From contig PNKG01000001.1 in the NCBI GenBank assembly GCA_013822585.1, forward strand, positions 1,084 to 65,083: a DNA stretch of 64,000 bases. Reading direction: 5' to 3'. The position numbers and the translations under genes were made by a program. Shown piece after piece: positions 27,413 through 37,559 of the stretch; position 1 is the stretch's first letter, and each line of letters starts with the position of its first letter. The DNA is from Opitutus sp. Lineage in GTDB: Bacteria; Verrucomicrobiota; Verrucomicrobiia; Opitutales; Opitutaceae. The notes below the pieces were generated by a model. The model had not been told where the DNA came from and searched no databases. It worked only from the letters and a program-made list of their open reading frames with translations.

Positions 27413-29419
27413 TCAGCAGAGCCCGACGCTCTTGGCGGAGCGCATCAGGCCGCCGCGGAAGGCCGGGAAGCCCGCGCCCATCAGCAGCGCGAAGTCGGCG
27501 TCGTCCGCGGACTTGAGCACGCCCTCGTCGAGGATGCGCTTGGTCTCGGCGATCATCACGCCGTTGAGATGGTCCTGGATCGCCTTCGCGTCCATCGCCC
27601 GGGCGGCGCCGGAGGCGAATTGCTGCATGGCGGGGTTCAGCGCCTCCTTACCGCCCTCGTAGGTGTAGAAGCCGGTGGACGCGCCGTTCTTGCGGCCCTT
27701 CAAGCCGGCGGCGAGCATGCGGCTGCACACCGTGGCACCGCGGAAGCGCTGCGGAAAATAATGCCTCATCTCGCCGTAGATGAAATCCGTGACGTCCACG
27801 CCCACCTCGTCGATCAGGCGCATCGGGCCCATCGGCCACCCCCAGTCGCGCATGGCCTTGTCCAGCGCGTCGGTCGGCACGCCCTGTTCCCAGAGCAGAC
27901 AGGCCTCGTTGAGGTAGAAGAACAGCGCGCGGGTGACGTAGAAGCCGGGCGAGGAGCGGCAGAGGACCGGGCTCTTGCCCAGCGCCTTGGCGAAGGCGAG
28001 CGCGCGGTCCGCGGTCTCGCGCGTGGTGTGCGGCGAGAGCACCATCTCGATCAACGGCATGCGGCTGACCGGATTGAAGAAGTGGATGCCGATGGTGCGG
28101 CCGGGATTCGTGGCGGTGGCGGCGAGCTCGTCGATCGGCAGCGCCGAGGTGTTGGAGGCGAGGATGCAGTCGGGCCGCACGATGCCCGAGAGCTCGGCGA
28201 AGACTTTCTGCTTCACGGCGACGTTCTCCACGATCGCCTCGATCACGATGTCGCAGTCGCCGAAATCGTAGAGGTCGGTCGAGATGCCGATGCTGCCCAT
28301 GCAACGGTGGGCGGTGTCGTGGCTCATCTTGCCGCGCTTCACCGCCTCGTCGAACAGGCTGCGGATGACCGCCACGCCCCGGTCGAGCGCCTCGCGGCTG
28401 GTGTCGCTGAGGATGACGCCGTAACCGCGGGCCGCGCACCACTGCGCGATGCCGGAGCCCATGACGCCGGCGCCGATCACGCCGATGCTCTTGAACGGCG
28501 CGGGGGCGTGCGCATCGGCGGGCTTCGGGAACCAGGCGTCGACGGTGAGCTTCTTCACCGCGTCCTTGAGGAAGAAGACGTGCACCATGTTCTTCGCCAC
28601 CTCGCCGGCGGCGATCTCGCCGAAAAGGGCCGCCTCGAGGTCGAGTGCGGCGTCGAGGCCGAGGCCGGCGCCCTTCTCCACCGCGTCGAGCACGGCGAGC
28701 GGCGCGGGCTGGCCGCGCAGGCGGGAGAAGGCGGCCTTGCGCTGGTCGGCGAAGAACGCGGCGTCGGCCGGCGCGGCGGCGGCGCGGGCGGGCCGGCCGG
28801 AGGCGGCGAGCGCGAGCGCGGCGGCCTTGGCGCGCGCCTTCAACTCGGCGGCGGGCGCGAGCTCGTCGACGAGGCCGGCCTTGAACGCCTCGGCGGCGGG
28901 CAGAAGCTGGGCCTTGAGAATGTGGTCGACCGCGGCCGGCGCGCCGAGCAGACGAGGCAGGCGGGCGCAGCCGCCCCAGCCGGGGATGAGGCCGATGCCG
29001 ACCTCGGGCAGGCCGATGACCGTCTCCTTCGCCTCGCTGGCGATGCGCCAGTGGCAGGCGAGCGCGAGCTCGTAGCCGCCGCCGGCGCAGGCGCCGTGGA
29101 TGGCACAGACGACCGGCGCCTTGAAATGGTCGAGCAGCCCGAAGAGCGCCTGGCCGTCGCGCGAGGCCTGTTGGCCTTCGGCGGCGTGGCCGATCTTGCC
29201 GAGCCACTTCAGGTCGGCGCCGGCGATGAAAATCTTCTCCTTGCCGCTGAGCACCACGACGGCCTTCACCGGCTGCGCGGCGAGCGCCTCGACCGCCGCG
29301 CGGAGAGCGGCCTGCGTCGGGGGGTTGAAGACATTGGCGCGGCTCGCGGGATCGTCGAACACGATCCAGCCGATGCCATCTGCGTCCACGGAATGCGTCA
29401 CCGTCGGTGCGTTGCTCAT
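27413..29419 (-). CDS. Fatty-acid oxidation complex alpha subunit (enoyl-CoA hydratase/3-hydroxyacyl-CoA dehydrogenase, FadB/FadJ family)
   Basis: FIAGADL, GGGYELALACH.R, GLPEV.IGLIPGWGG, GAGVMGSGIA, SNTSAL, HFFNPV. Confidence 0.93.
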   Translation of the reverse strand: MSNAPTVTHSVDADGIGWIVFDDPASRANVFNPPTQAALRAAVEALAAQPVKAVVVLSGKEKIFIAGADLKWLGKIGHAAEGQQASRDGQALFGLLDHFKAPVVCAIHGACAGGGYELALACHWRIASEAKETVIGLPEVGIGLIPGWGGCARLPRLLGAPAAVDHILKAQLLPAAEAFKAGLVDELAPAAELKARAKAAALALAASGRPARAAAAPADAAFFADQRKAAFSRLRGQPAPLAVLDAVEKGAGLGLDAALDLEAALFGEIAAGEVAKNMVHVFFLKDAVKKLTVDAWFPKPADAHAPAPFKSIGVIGAGVMGSGIAQWCAARGYGVILSDTSREALDRGVAVIRSLFDEAVKRGKMSHDTAHRCMGSIGISTDLYDFGDCDIVIEAIVENVAVKQKVFAELSGIVRPDCILASNTSALPIDELAATATNPGRTIGIHFFNPVSRMPLIEMVLSPHTTRETADRALAFAKALGKSPVLCRSSPGFYVTRALFFYLNEACLLWEQGVPTDALDKAMRDWGWPMGPMRLIDEVGVDVTDFIYGEMRHYFPQRFRGATVCSRMLAAGLKGRKNGASTGFYTYEGGKEALNPAMQQFASGAARAMDAKAIQDHLNGVMIAETKRILDEGVLKSADDADFALLMGAGFPAFRGGLMRSAKSVGLC

Positions 29420-29533
29420 AGGGTGAAGTCGGTGCCCCAGCACACCCGCCCCCACCCCGGCTGACAACTGCAAGCCCGCCCCGGCCGCCAACTATTAGTC
29501 GGCATTTCCTCCCGGAGAAAACCGCCGCGGCCG

Positions 29534-30331
29534 TCAGCGGCGGCGCGGGCCGGGCGCGGCGAATTTCCGCAGGTATTTCAGCGCGACCTCGAAGTCGTGC
29601 GGCAGCGGCGCGGTGAGCGTGATGCGCGCGCGCGAAACCGGATGGGTGAAGGTCAGCGCGGCGGCGTGGAGCGCGAGGCGGGAGATGAGCGGCTTCTCGT
29701 CGTCGCGCCCCTTGTAGCCGCGCTTCAACCCGGAGAGGAGCAGGCGCGTGTCGTTGCCGTAGAACGGATCGTTGAGGATCGGCCAGCCGCTGGCTGCGAG
29801 GTGGACGCGGATCTGGTGGGTGCGGCCGGTCTGCGGCCGGCATTCGAGATGCGTGAAGGCGCCGTAGCGGCCGAGCACGCGGAAGTCGGTGACCGCGCCC
29901 TTGCCGTGCCGACGCACGACGCACATGCGGCCGGGCGCTGCGCCGTCCTCCTTGAGCACGAGGTCGACGGCGAACGCGTCCGGCAGACCGCCCTCGGGCG
30001 TCGCGATCGGCTCCGTGCCGCCGGCCCAGGGTGCGGCGCAGGGCCCGGCGTTCACGACCAGGGCCTGGTAGGCCTTTTCGACCGTCTTCGACTGGAACTG
30101 CCCGCTGACGAAATCGAGCGCGGGCTTGGTCTTGGCGCAGAGCACGAGCCCGCTGGTGCCGGCGTCGATGCGGTGGACGTTGGCCACGCCGTGCCCGTAG
30201 CGTTCGTGCACGAGACCCATCAGGTTGGCGCGGGATTTGTCCCACCGGTCGGGCGCGATGAGGAGCCCGCTGGGCTTGTCGAAGGCGATGAGCGCCTCGT
30301 CCTCGTAAACGACCGGTGGCAGTGGCGGCAT
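29534..30331 (-). CDS. RluA-family RNA pseudouridine synthase
   Basis: DKPSGL, VHRIDAGTSG, TGRTHQIRVH, LALHA. Confidence 0.92.
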   Translation of the reverse strand: MPPLPPVVYEDEALIAFDKPSGLLIAPDRWDKSRANLMGLVHERYGHGVANVHRIDAGTSGLVLCAKTKPALDFVSGQFQSKTVEKAYQALVVNAGPCAAPWAGGTEPIATPEGGLPDAFAVDLVLKEDGAAPGRMCVVRRHGKGAVTDFRVLGRYGAFTHLECRPQTGRTHQIRVHLAASGWPILNDPFYGNDTRLLLSGLKRGYKGRDDEKPLISRLALHAAALTFTHPVSRARITLTAPLPHDFEVALKYLRKFAAPGPRRR

Positions 30332-30464
30332 GTGGGGCGTTTCAAGGCGAAGCCGGCGGGGCGCGCAAACCAATACCCGCGGCGCCGGTTTCAGGGTTTT
30401 TTCAGCGGCGGCGGCGCCTCGGCACTCGCCTCGCGGCGCCGGCTGGTTTTACCTGCAGCAAGGC

Positions 30465-32027
30465 ATGACGATCGTTCCGCGTCCACTTGTCGATTTCGTG
30501 GCCGCGCACCGCGCCCGGCGGTTGCGGGCACGACTGCACCTGCAGGGCGACGGCCGCGCCCACCAGCAGGCGGTGTGGCGCACGCTGATGGCGCGGCACG
30601 AGCGCACGGAGATCGGCCGCGAACTCGGGCTCGGACCCAAGCTGGCCTACGAAACCTTCCGGCAGCGCGCGCCGCTGCGCCTGGGCGCGGATTTCCGGGG
30701 AGCCGCGGAGCGCATGGCCGGCGGCGCGGCGGACATCCTTTGGCCGGGGCGCTGCAACCACTTCGTCTACACCGCGGGCACGGTCGACGGCACGCCCAGG
30801 ATGCTGCCGGTCACGCCGGACATGGCCCGGCATTTCCGCGAGACCCTGGCCCAGGCTTGGCTGCTGCACGCGGTGCGCACGGGCCGTGTCGACCTCTTCC
30901 ACGGGCGCCACCTCCACGCCGGGGCCAGCACGGCCCTGAGGGCGGCGCGCGGCGCGCGCGCGGGCTACCTCGACGGCATCGCGCGCGCCTGCCTCAGCGA
31001 TTGGGCCCGCGCGAATCTCTATGCCCCCCCGGCGGGTGTCGCCCAACTGCCCGAGGGCCCGGAAAAACTCGCCGCCCTGATCGACGCCTGCCGGCACGCC
31101 GACGTGCGGCTGCTGGCCGGCACGCCGGCCGCGCTGCTCGCGCTGCTCGGCGCGCTGAAGGAGACGGGCGGGGCCTGGCCGCGGCTCGAATGTTGCGTGC
31201 TGACCGGGGCGATGCCCGGCATACACGCCCGGCCGCTGGCCGAGCTGGCGGGCGCGGGCGTCTCGCTCCATGAAATCTACGCCGGCGCCGAGGGTGTGTT
31301 CGCCGCGCAGGACAGCGACGCGCGCAGCGGCCTGCGGTTGTTCACCGACGCGGGCATCTTCTTCGAGTTCCTCCCCGCGCGCGAGCTCGGCGGCAGTCTC
31401 GCCGCGCTCGGCCCGCGCTGCGTGCCGCTCGCCGAGGCGAAGACCGACACCGACTATGCGCTCGTGGCCACGACGCCCGCCGGACTCGTCCGTTGCCTCG
31501 TGGGCGACACCGTGCGCTTCACCTCGCTGCAGCCGCCGCGCCTGGTGGTCACGGGCCGGACGCAGTTCCTCCTGAACGCCTTCGGCGAGCAGACCACCGA
31601 GCGCGAGCTGACCGAGACGCTGATCGACATCTGCGAGTGCAACCGCTGGGAGCCGGTCAATTTCCACGTGGCGCCATACCACACCCGCGGCGCCGTGCGG
31701 CGCAGCCAAGGCTGCCACGAGTGGTGGGTCGAGCTGAGTCCCGGCACGGTCCGCACCCCCACCGGTCCGTTGCTCGCCGCCGAACTCGACACCGAGCTCG
31801 GCCGCCGCAACCGCGACTACACGGCCCGCCGCGCCAACGGCGCGCTCGAAACCCCGGTCGTGCGGCTGGTGATGCCGGGCGTCTTCACGCAATGGGCGGA
31901 GCTGCACCCGGCCTTCGGGGGTCCGGGCAAGCTGGCGCGCTGCCGGAACGACCGCCTGATGGCCGACCAGCTGGCGGGCATCGCGCGCTTCCACAGCGGC
32001 TCGGTGGCGCCCTTCGGCCCGGGCTGA
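30465..32027 (+). CDS. GH3-family (auxin-responsive promoter-like) acyl-adenylate enzyme
   Basis: T.GT..G..LPVT, EIYAGAEG, GIFFEF, TTPAGL.R..VGDTVRFTS..GRT..LNAFGE, HEW.VE. Confidence 0.85.
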   Translation: MTIVPRPLVDFVAAHRARRLRARLHLQGDGRAHQQAVWRTLMARHERTEIGRELGLGPKLAYETFRQRAPLRLGADFRGAAERMAGGAADILWPGRCNHFVYTAGTVDGTPRMLPVTPDMARHFRETLAQAWLLHAVRTGRVDLFHGRHLHAGASTALRAARGARAGYLDGIARACLSDWARANLYAPPAGVAQLPEGPEKLAALIDACRHADVRLLAGTPAALLALLGALKETGGAWPRLECCVLTGAMPGIHARPLAELAGAGVSLHEIYAGAEGVFAAQDSDARSGLRLFTDAGIFFEFLPARELGGSLAALGPRCVPLAEAKTDTDYALVATTPAGLVRCLVGDTVRFTSLQPPRLVVTGRTQFLLNAFGEQTTERELTETLIDICECNRWEPVNFHVAPYHTRGAVRRSQGCHEWWVELSPGTVRTPTGPLLAAELDTELGRRNRDYTARRANGALETPVVRLVMPGVFTQWAELHPAFGGPGKLARCRNDRLMADQLAGIARFHSGSVAPFGPG

Positions 32028-32148
32028 CTGCGGCCGCCCAGCATCCCGGGCAGCGGAGACCCTCCGCCGCCCGGTTGCTTGTCTGCGTCCTTGCCACGGG
32101 CGCGCGCCGCGGACGCCCCCGGATGGCGCGCGTGAACTGCCGGAGGGA

Positions 32149-32613
32149 TCAGTTGATCTTCACCTCCACGGCCTTTGCCTTCGCCTTTTCAGTCTTCGGG
32201 AGGCGCAACAGGAGGACGCCTTCCCTGAACTCGGCGGCGATCTTCGCCGCGTCGGCGTTTTCCGGCAGAGTGAAGCTGCGGAGGAAGCGGCCGTGCTCGC
32301 GCTCGATGCGATGATAGCGGCGGTTCTTCTCCTCCTTCTCCGCCTTGCGCTCGCCCGTGATGGTGAGGACGCCCTCCTCGAACGTCACGTGCACATCCTC
32401 CTTCTTCATCTCGGGCAGATCCGTCTTGATGAGATATTCCCTGTCGTCCTCGGTGATGTCCACCGGGGGAATCCACTCGGTGGCGGAGAGTTTCTCCTCG
32501 CGATTCGGGTCGATGATCCGGAGCGGGTCCGGGCTGAACAGAGCCGCCATGCGGTTCTGCATTTCCTCCATTTCGCGGAGCGGGTTCCAGCGAACGATCG
32601 GCGCGGGTTTCAT
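32149..32613 (-). CDS. Hsp20 small heat-shock protein
   Basis: W.PPVDI.ED..EY.I..DLP, L.ITGERK, IER..G.F.RSF.LP, GVL.L.LPK; GGAGG-like SD upstream. Confidence 0.93.
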   Translation of the reverse strand: MKPAPIVRWNPLREMEEMQNRMAALFSPDPLRIIDPNREEKLSATEWIPPVDITEDDREYLIKTDLPEMKKEDVHVTFEEGVLTITGERKAEKEEKNRRYHRIEREHGRFLRSFTLPENADAAKIAAEFREGVLLLRLPKTEKAKAKAVEVKIN

Positions 32614-32762
32614 GGTTCCTCCTCTTGGTTGTCTCAAGGCAGCCACGCCGGCTGCCCGGCTAGTTTCCCACCACCGGGCCGCCTTCGCTGCGCGTTTATT
32701 GCCCCGCGAGCCGGGGCGTTTGTAACCAAGATATGCACGGACGCCGGGTGCCGGGATCGGCC

Positions 32763-32790
32763 AAAAAAACGGAGCCCGCGGACTCCGCTC
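32763..32790 (-). terminator. Terminator after the 32814-34451 gene
   Basis: Minus strand CGGAGTCCGCGGGCTCCG followed by T7. Confidence 0.6.
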
Positions 32791-32813
32791 GCCCGTTGCG
32801 CGGCGAGCCGCGC

Positions 32814-34451
32814 CTATTCCCCTTCGTCCTCCGCGCCGGGCCCGTCGCCGGATTTCCTGCGGCTGCGGGCGCGCTTCGCCTTCGAGTCCTTGGCGTTGAG
32901 CCAGAGTTCGTCCTTGGCGTTGCGGTTGAGCCAGAAGATCTCGCCGTTCCACTCGCCGAAGGCCGGCTTGGTCTTGGCGTCGTCGGGCACGTTGAGGCCG
33001 GCGGAGACGAGCGCCTCGAGGATTTCGAGCGCGGGGCGGCCGAGCTGCTGCGCGAGGTCGTCGATCTTGGCCGTGAAGCCGTCGCCGCGTTTCTTCGGCT
33101 GGAGCAGCAGGCGCAGGGCCTCGAGCGTGTGGGCGGGGACGTGCGCGGGGGCGGGGACCGCTGCCGGAGCTTCAGCGATGACCGGTGGTTCGTCGCCGGC
33201 CGCGGCTTTCTCGCGCGGCGCGTCGGGGGCAGAATCGTCGGGCGCGCCGCCCGCCGCCTCGCCGGCGGCCGCGGCGGTCTCGCCATTCTGGCCGCGGTCC
33301 TTGCGGGTGTTGATCCAGATCTCGCCGCGCTGGTTCTTGTCCATCCAATAGAGGAAGCCGTTCTCCTCGTGGAAGAGCGGCTTCTCGGCGCCCTCCTCCT
33401 TCAGCTTGAGGCCCTGCTCGGCGAGCTGGGCGAGCAGGCCGGCCTCGTCGGTCTTCAGGGCCTTGGTGAGGTAGGCGAAGCTGCCGGACCAGCCGTGGCC
33501 GCGGCGGTTGCGGCGCATCATGCCGCGGATCTTGTCGAGGAAGGTCTTCGGCGCGGCGGGTTGCGCGGGCGGCCCGCCGTCTTCGGGCGTCGGGCCCTCG
33601 GCCGCGGCGGCCTCCTGCTGCTGTGGCTGGCGCTGCTCGCGGCGCTCCTGGCGCGACGACGCCTGCGGCGGCTGGCTGGCGCCGCTGTTGTCCTGCGGAG
33701 CCTCCTCGTCGCCCAGGCGTCGGCCTGCAACGACGCGGAAGACGGGCTCGGGCTTTTCGCGGGTGTTGATCCAGATTTCGCCGCGGCGGTTGATGTTCAC
33801 CCAATAGAGGTCGCCCTCGAACTCGACATGGACGGGCCGGGCGTTCTCGTCGGCCGGGATCTGCAGGCCGCACTCGACGAGCGCGCCCTTGATGTCGGAC
33901 TCGTCCATCTTCCATTTCTTGGCGAGGTAATCGACCCCCACGCTCATGCCGGGGCCGCGCTGGTTCTTGCGCATGTGCGGACGGAGCGCGTCGAAGAACG
34001 TCGGCAGCTCGTCCTCCGCGGCGAGCGTCTCCCACTCGTCCTTTTCGCCCTCTTCCTCGGGCGCGTCGCGGTCGTCGTCGCGCGAGGTGTCGCGCAGGCG
34101 GCGGAGGCCGTCGTCGGCGCCGACCTTCTCCTCGGCGAGGAAGGTCTCGCCCTCCTCGGCCGCGGGCTGGGCGGGCGCGCCCGTGGCGGCCTTGAACTTG
34201 GCCTCGAACTCCGCGCGGAGCTTGTCGGCCTCGGCGCGGGCGGCGGCGGCCGCGGCGTCCTCCAGCGTCCAGTCCCGTTGCGTCGTGCGCCGCACGAGGC
34301 CGGTGAACGCCAGCAGGTTGTCGGGTTGCGTGTGAAAGTGGATGATTTCCCAACCTTCCTTGCCGAGGTCGTTGAGAAATTTTTCCAGCAGGGCCGGCGA
34401 CGCGAAGCCGCCCTTGCCGCTGGTGATGACTTTGTATTCCCAGTTGGACAT
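32814..34451 (-). CDS. Hypothetical protein: DUF4177-like N-terminus plus three copies of an ~80-aa domain
   Basis: WEYKVI..LE.FLN.LG.EGWE N-terminus; repeats end LYWVNINRRGEIWINTR / LYWMDKNQRGEIWINTR / IFWLNRNAKDELWLNAK. Confidence 0.85.
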   Translation of the reverse strand: MSNWEYKVITSGKGGFASPALLEKFLNDLGKEGWEIIHFHTQPDNLLAFTGLVRRTTQRDWTLEDAAAAAARAEADKLRAEFEAKFKAATGAPAQPAAEEGETFLAEEKVGADDGLRRLRDTSRDDDRDAPEEEGEKDEWETLAAEDELPTFFDALRPHMRKNQRGPGMSVGVDYLAKKWKMDESDIKGALVECGLQIPADENARPVHVEFEGDLYWVNINRRGEIWINTREKPEPVFRVVAGRRLGDEEAPQDNSGASQPPQASSRQERREQRQPQQQEAAAAEGPTPEDGGPPAQPAAPKTFLDKIRGMMRRNRRGHGWSGSFAYLTKALKTDEAGLLAQLAEQGLKLKEEGAEKPLFHEENGFLYWMDKNQRGEIWINTRKDRGQNGETAAAAGEAAGGAPDDSAPDAPREKAAAGDEPPVIAEAPAAVPAPAHVPAHTLEALRLLLQPKKRGDGFTAKIDDLAQQLGRPALEILEALVSAGLNVPDDAKTKPAFGEWNGEIFWLNRNAKDELWLNAKDSKAKRARSRRKSGDGPGAEDEGE

Positions 34452-34494
34452 GTGAGGGGGAGAGGCATCCCGCAACGCCCGGCCCGACGCGAGA

Positions 34495-35667
34495 CTAATC
34501 TCCGGTCGGGCGCGGATGCGCCACCGCCAGCAGGAACGAGTCGATGGCGTAGTCCGCGAGCTGCCCGCCGGGGCCGTCCAGGTTGCAGTCGAAGCCGTGC
34601 GTCGCCCACGGCAACTCGAGATGGAAATGGCGCGCGCCGGCCTCGCGCAGGCGCGCCGCCATGCGCTCGCTGTGACGATGCCACACGAGCGGGTCCGGCC
34701 GGCCGTGCAGCAGCAGCGTGGGCGGCGGGGCGGCGCCGATCATCGCCTGCGCGCTGGCCGAGGCGTAGAGCGCGCGGCGCTCGGGCGTGTCGGGCGGGCC
34801 GCCGAGATACTGGCGCATCAGCTTCACGGAATTCAGCGCGTCGTCCTCGCGCGACACGCTCCAGGCGAAAGGCATGTCCTGCGGCGCGTAGAACGACACC
34901 ACGCCGACGATCGCCGGATCGTCTGCACCGTAGGCGACGGCCGTCGCGATCTGCCCGCCCGCGGAACGTCCGACCAGCACGAAGCGCCGCGGATCGAGGC
35001 CGAGGCGCGCGGCGTGGGCCTTGAGCCAAGCGAGCGCGGCGAGCGTGTCCTCGCGCGGGGCGGGCCAGCGGTGCCGCGGCGCGAGCCGGTAGGAGATGGC
35101 CGCGACGGCGTAGCCGCGCGCGGCCCAGCGGTGATTCCATCCGGCCAGCTGCGCGCGGCCGCCGCCGTCCCATCCGCCGCCATGCACGACGACGAGGCAC
35201 GGGGCGCGCGCCCCGTGTGGCTGTGAAGCGGGATAATGATCGAGCCGCAGCTCCTCGCCGTTGGCGCGGGCGAAAGTCTCGGTCCGCACAGCCCCGCGCG
35301 CCGGCCGCACAGGCCAGTAGAGCCGCAGAGGATCGAAGGCCGGTTTGCCCAGACAGTGATCGTGACCGAAAGCCTGCCGCAGCCCTCCCGGCAGCTTCCC
35401 AGCCATCCGGGCCGCAAGAAAAGCGGGGCGAAGAAGGAACGCGCCGGCCGCCGCCGCGAGCGTGATCGTGGCCAGGCGCGGCCAGCCGCCGGTGGCGGCC
35501 GCCGCCAGCAGCGCGAGCCCGAGGGGAAACAGCGCCAGCCAGTGGCCGAACTCGCCCGCGGCGAGCGCGACCTTCCAGAGCCCGCCGAACGGTGGCGCGT
35601 GGCGCCACGTGAGCAGCGAGGCGAGGAAGGCGGCAAGCGCGAGGACCGGCAGCAGGATTTCCAGCAC
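34495..35667 (-). CDS. Membrane-anchored alpha/beta hydrolase (HSL-like esterase)
   Basis: HGGGW, YRLAP, GRSAGG, LHG..D, HGF; N-terminal TM segments. Confidence 0.9.
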   Translation of the reverse strand: MLEILLPVLALAAFLASLLTWRHAPPFGGLWKVALAAGEFGHWLALFPLGLALLAAAATGGWPRLATITLAAAAGAFLLRPAFLAARMAGKLPGGLRQAFGHDHCLGKPAFDPLRLYWPVRPARGAVRTETFARANGEELRLDHYPASQPHGARAPCLVVVHGGGWDGGGRAQLAGWNHRWAARGYAVAAISYRLAPRHRWPAPREDTLAALAWLKAHAARLGLDPRRFVLVGRSAGGQIATAVAYGADDPAIVGVVSFYAPQDMPFAWSVSREDDALNSVKLMRQYLGGPPDTPERRALYASASAQAMIGAAPPPTLLLHGRPDPLVWHRHSERMAARLREAGARHFHLELPWATHGFDCNLDGPGGQLADYAIDSFLLAVAHPRPTGD

Positions 35668-35715
35668 GCCCTTTTCTACGTGCGAATTGGCGGTGAGGAC
35701 GACTTATTTCCCCCG

Positions 35716-36411
35716 ATGTCCCGCCGGCTCGACCAGCTCCTCGCCAACCTCGGCTACTGCTCCCGCCGCGAGGCGCGCGCATGGATCGGGGCCGGACGGA
35801 TCGACGTGGCGGGACAGACCGCCGACGACCCGGGCCAGAAATCCCACCCGGCCGCGGTGCGTGTCGACGGCGAACCGCTCGACCACCCCGACGGCCTGCT
35901 GCTCCTGATGAACAAGCCGACCGGCCTCGTCTGCTCGCACGACGCGCGCGAGGGTCCGGGCGTCTACTCGCTGCTGCCGTCGCGCTGGCAGCGCCGCAAT
36001 CCGCAGGTGACCACCGTCGGCCGCCTCGACAAGGACACCAGCGGCCTGCTGCTCCTTACCGACCGGAGTGCGCTCGTGCACCGGCTCACCTCGCCCAAGC
36101 ACAAGGTGCCGAAGGTCTATCACGCCACGCTCGAAGCCGACCTGCCGGCGCACGCCGGGGAGATTTTCGCGCGCGGCACGCTGCGGCTCAAGGGCGAGAC
36201 CGAGCCCTGCGCGCCGGCGGAGCTGCGCGTGCTCGGCCCGCGCGAGGCGGAGCTCACGCTCACCGAGGGCCGCTATCACCAGGTGCGCAGGATGTTCGGC
36301 GCCGTCGGCTGCGAGGTCGTGACGCTGCACCGGGCGCGCTTCGGCGCGCTCGGGCTCGGCGGCCTCGCCCCGGGGCAATGGCGCGAGTTGCCGCTGGACA
36401 CCTTCGACTGA
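35716..36411 (+). CDS. RsuA-family pseudouridine synthase
   Basis: RLDQLLA..G..SRRE S4 domain, NKP.G, VGRLDKDTSGLLLLT, EGRYHQVRRM. Confidence 0.92.
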   Translation: MSRRLDQLLANLGYCSRREARAWIGAGRIDVAGQTADDPGQKSHPAAVRVDGEPLDHPDGLLLLMNKPTGLVCSHDAREGPGVYSLLPSRWQRRNPQVTTVGRLDKDTSGLLLLTDRSALVHRLTSPKHKVPKVYHATLEADLPAHAGEIFARGTLRLKGETEPCAPAELRVLGPREAELTLTEGRYHQVRRMFGAVGCEVVTLHRARFGALGLGGLAPGQWRELPLDTFD

Positions 36412-36485
36412 GCCGCGCGCGGACGGGAAAGGGCAGACGCGCCGGTCCCACCCGGCGCGTCTGCGGTCAGTCGCAGTCGAAGGGC

Positions 36486-37271
36486 TCAGTTCCCGAGGAA
36501 AAATTGGATCGGCACTTCCATGCGCGTGGCGACCTTGCGGCCACCCTTGACGCCGGGGCGGAATTTCCAGCGCATGACACCGTTGAGCGCGGAGCGCTCG
36601 AACTCGCTGCGGCTCGAGTCGAGCACACGCGGTTCGCGCACGAAGCCGTCGGCGTCGACGATGAAGGTCACGACGACGCGGCCCCCGGTGATGTCGCCGG
36701 GCAGGTTCTGCGGAAAATTCGGCGCGGGCTGGTTGATCGCCTGCGGAATGCGGTCGAGGTCGGAGAGCCTGAAGACGTTGCCGAAACTGCCGGAGCCGGA
36801 GCCGCCGCGGCCGTGGTTGACCGGGATGGCCATCTGGCGGAGCGCGTTCGCGTCGACGACCTGCGGGCGGAGGTCGACCTGCTGCGTGAAATCGCTCAGC
36901 GCGACCATCCGCGGCACATCCATCAGCTGCGGCACGGCGACGCTCTCGACGGGCGGCGCCTCGACGAGCTCTTCGGGCTGCTGCCCGGGCTCCTCCTGCG
37001 GGAGCGGCGGCATCTCGATCTGCACGACCTGCTCCGGAGCCTTGGCGGCAACGGACGCGGGCGCGGTGTCGCGGCTGAAACCGAAGAAGATCGCGGTGTG
37101 GATGCCGACGGAAAGCAGCAGGCCCGCGGCATAGCTCCAACGGCGGCGGGGCCTCGCGGAGTAGCGCCAGGCACCGACGGGGGCGGGACGCTCCGGCGCG
37201 ACCGTGATGGAGCCGCGCGGACGACCGGGGAAGTGGCGCGGAGGGCGGAGGGCGGTGGCAGTCGTGTTCAT
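36486..37271 (-). CDS. TonB-family energy transducer
   Basis: TM helix with SxxxH (SVGIH), Pro/Glu linker, TonB_C G.V.V.F.VD..G....W.F.PG.K.G. Confidence 0.88.
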   Translation of the reverse strand: MNTTATALRPPRHFPGRPRGSITVAPERPAPVGAWRYSARPRRRWSYAAGLLLSVGIHTAIFFGFSRDTAPASVAAKAPEQVVQIEMPPLPQEEPGQQPEELVEAPPVESVAVPQLMDVPRMVALSDFTQQVDLRPQVVDANALRQMAIPVNHGRGGSGSGSFGNVFRLSDLDRIPQAINQPAPNFPQNLPGDITGGRVVVTFIVDADGFVREPRVLDSSRSEFERSALNGVMRWKFRPGVKGGRKVATRMEVPIQFFLGN

Positions 37272-37373
37272 GAAAGGGGTGAGGTTCGTGGTTGTGGGGA
37301 GAGTTCACACGCGGCGCCGCGGTGAAGTTTCAGCTTTCCGAAACCGCGCGGCGCGCAGGCGCCTCCCCCCTTT

Positions 37374-37389
37374 TGCAAGGCCCGTGCCA
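37374..37389 (-). promoter_or_regulatory. Sigma-54 (-24/-12) promoter upstream of the tonB paralog
   Basis: Minus strand TGGCACG-GGCC-TTGCA, exact consensus, ~100 nt upstream of the ATG at 37271. Confidence 0.7.
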
Positions 37390-37559
37390 GCCCGCGCCGA
37401 CGGGCGCAGGTCGGGCTCCCGCAACGCCTTGCCGGATTGCCCGGGCCGGCCGGCCCGGCCTTGGCGTCGGTGGCGCGGGACGCGCCCGTCCCGCACATGG
37501 GACGCCGCGCAGGCATTCGGGGCTTTTCACTGCGCGCGGTTTCTCCTCTGTTCGCGGGC

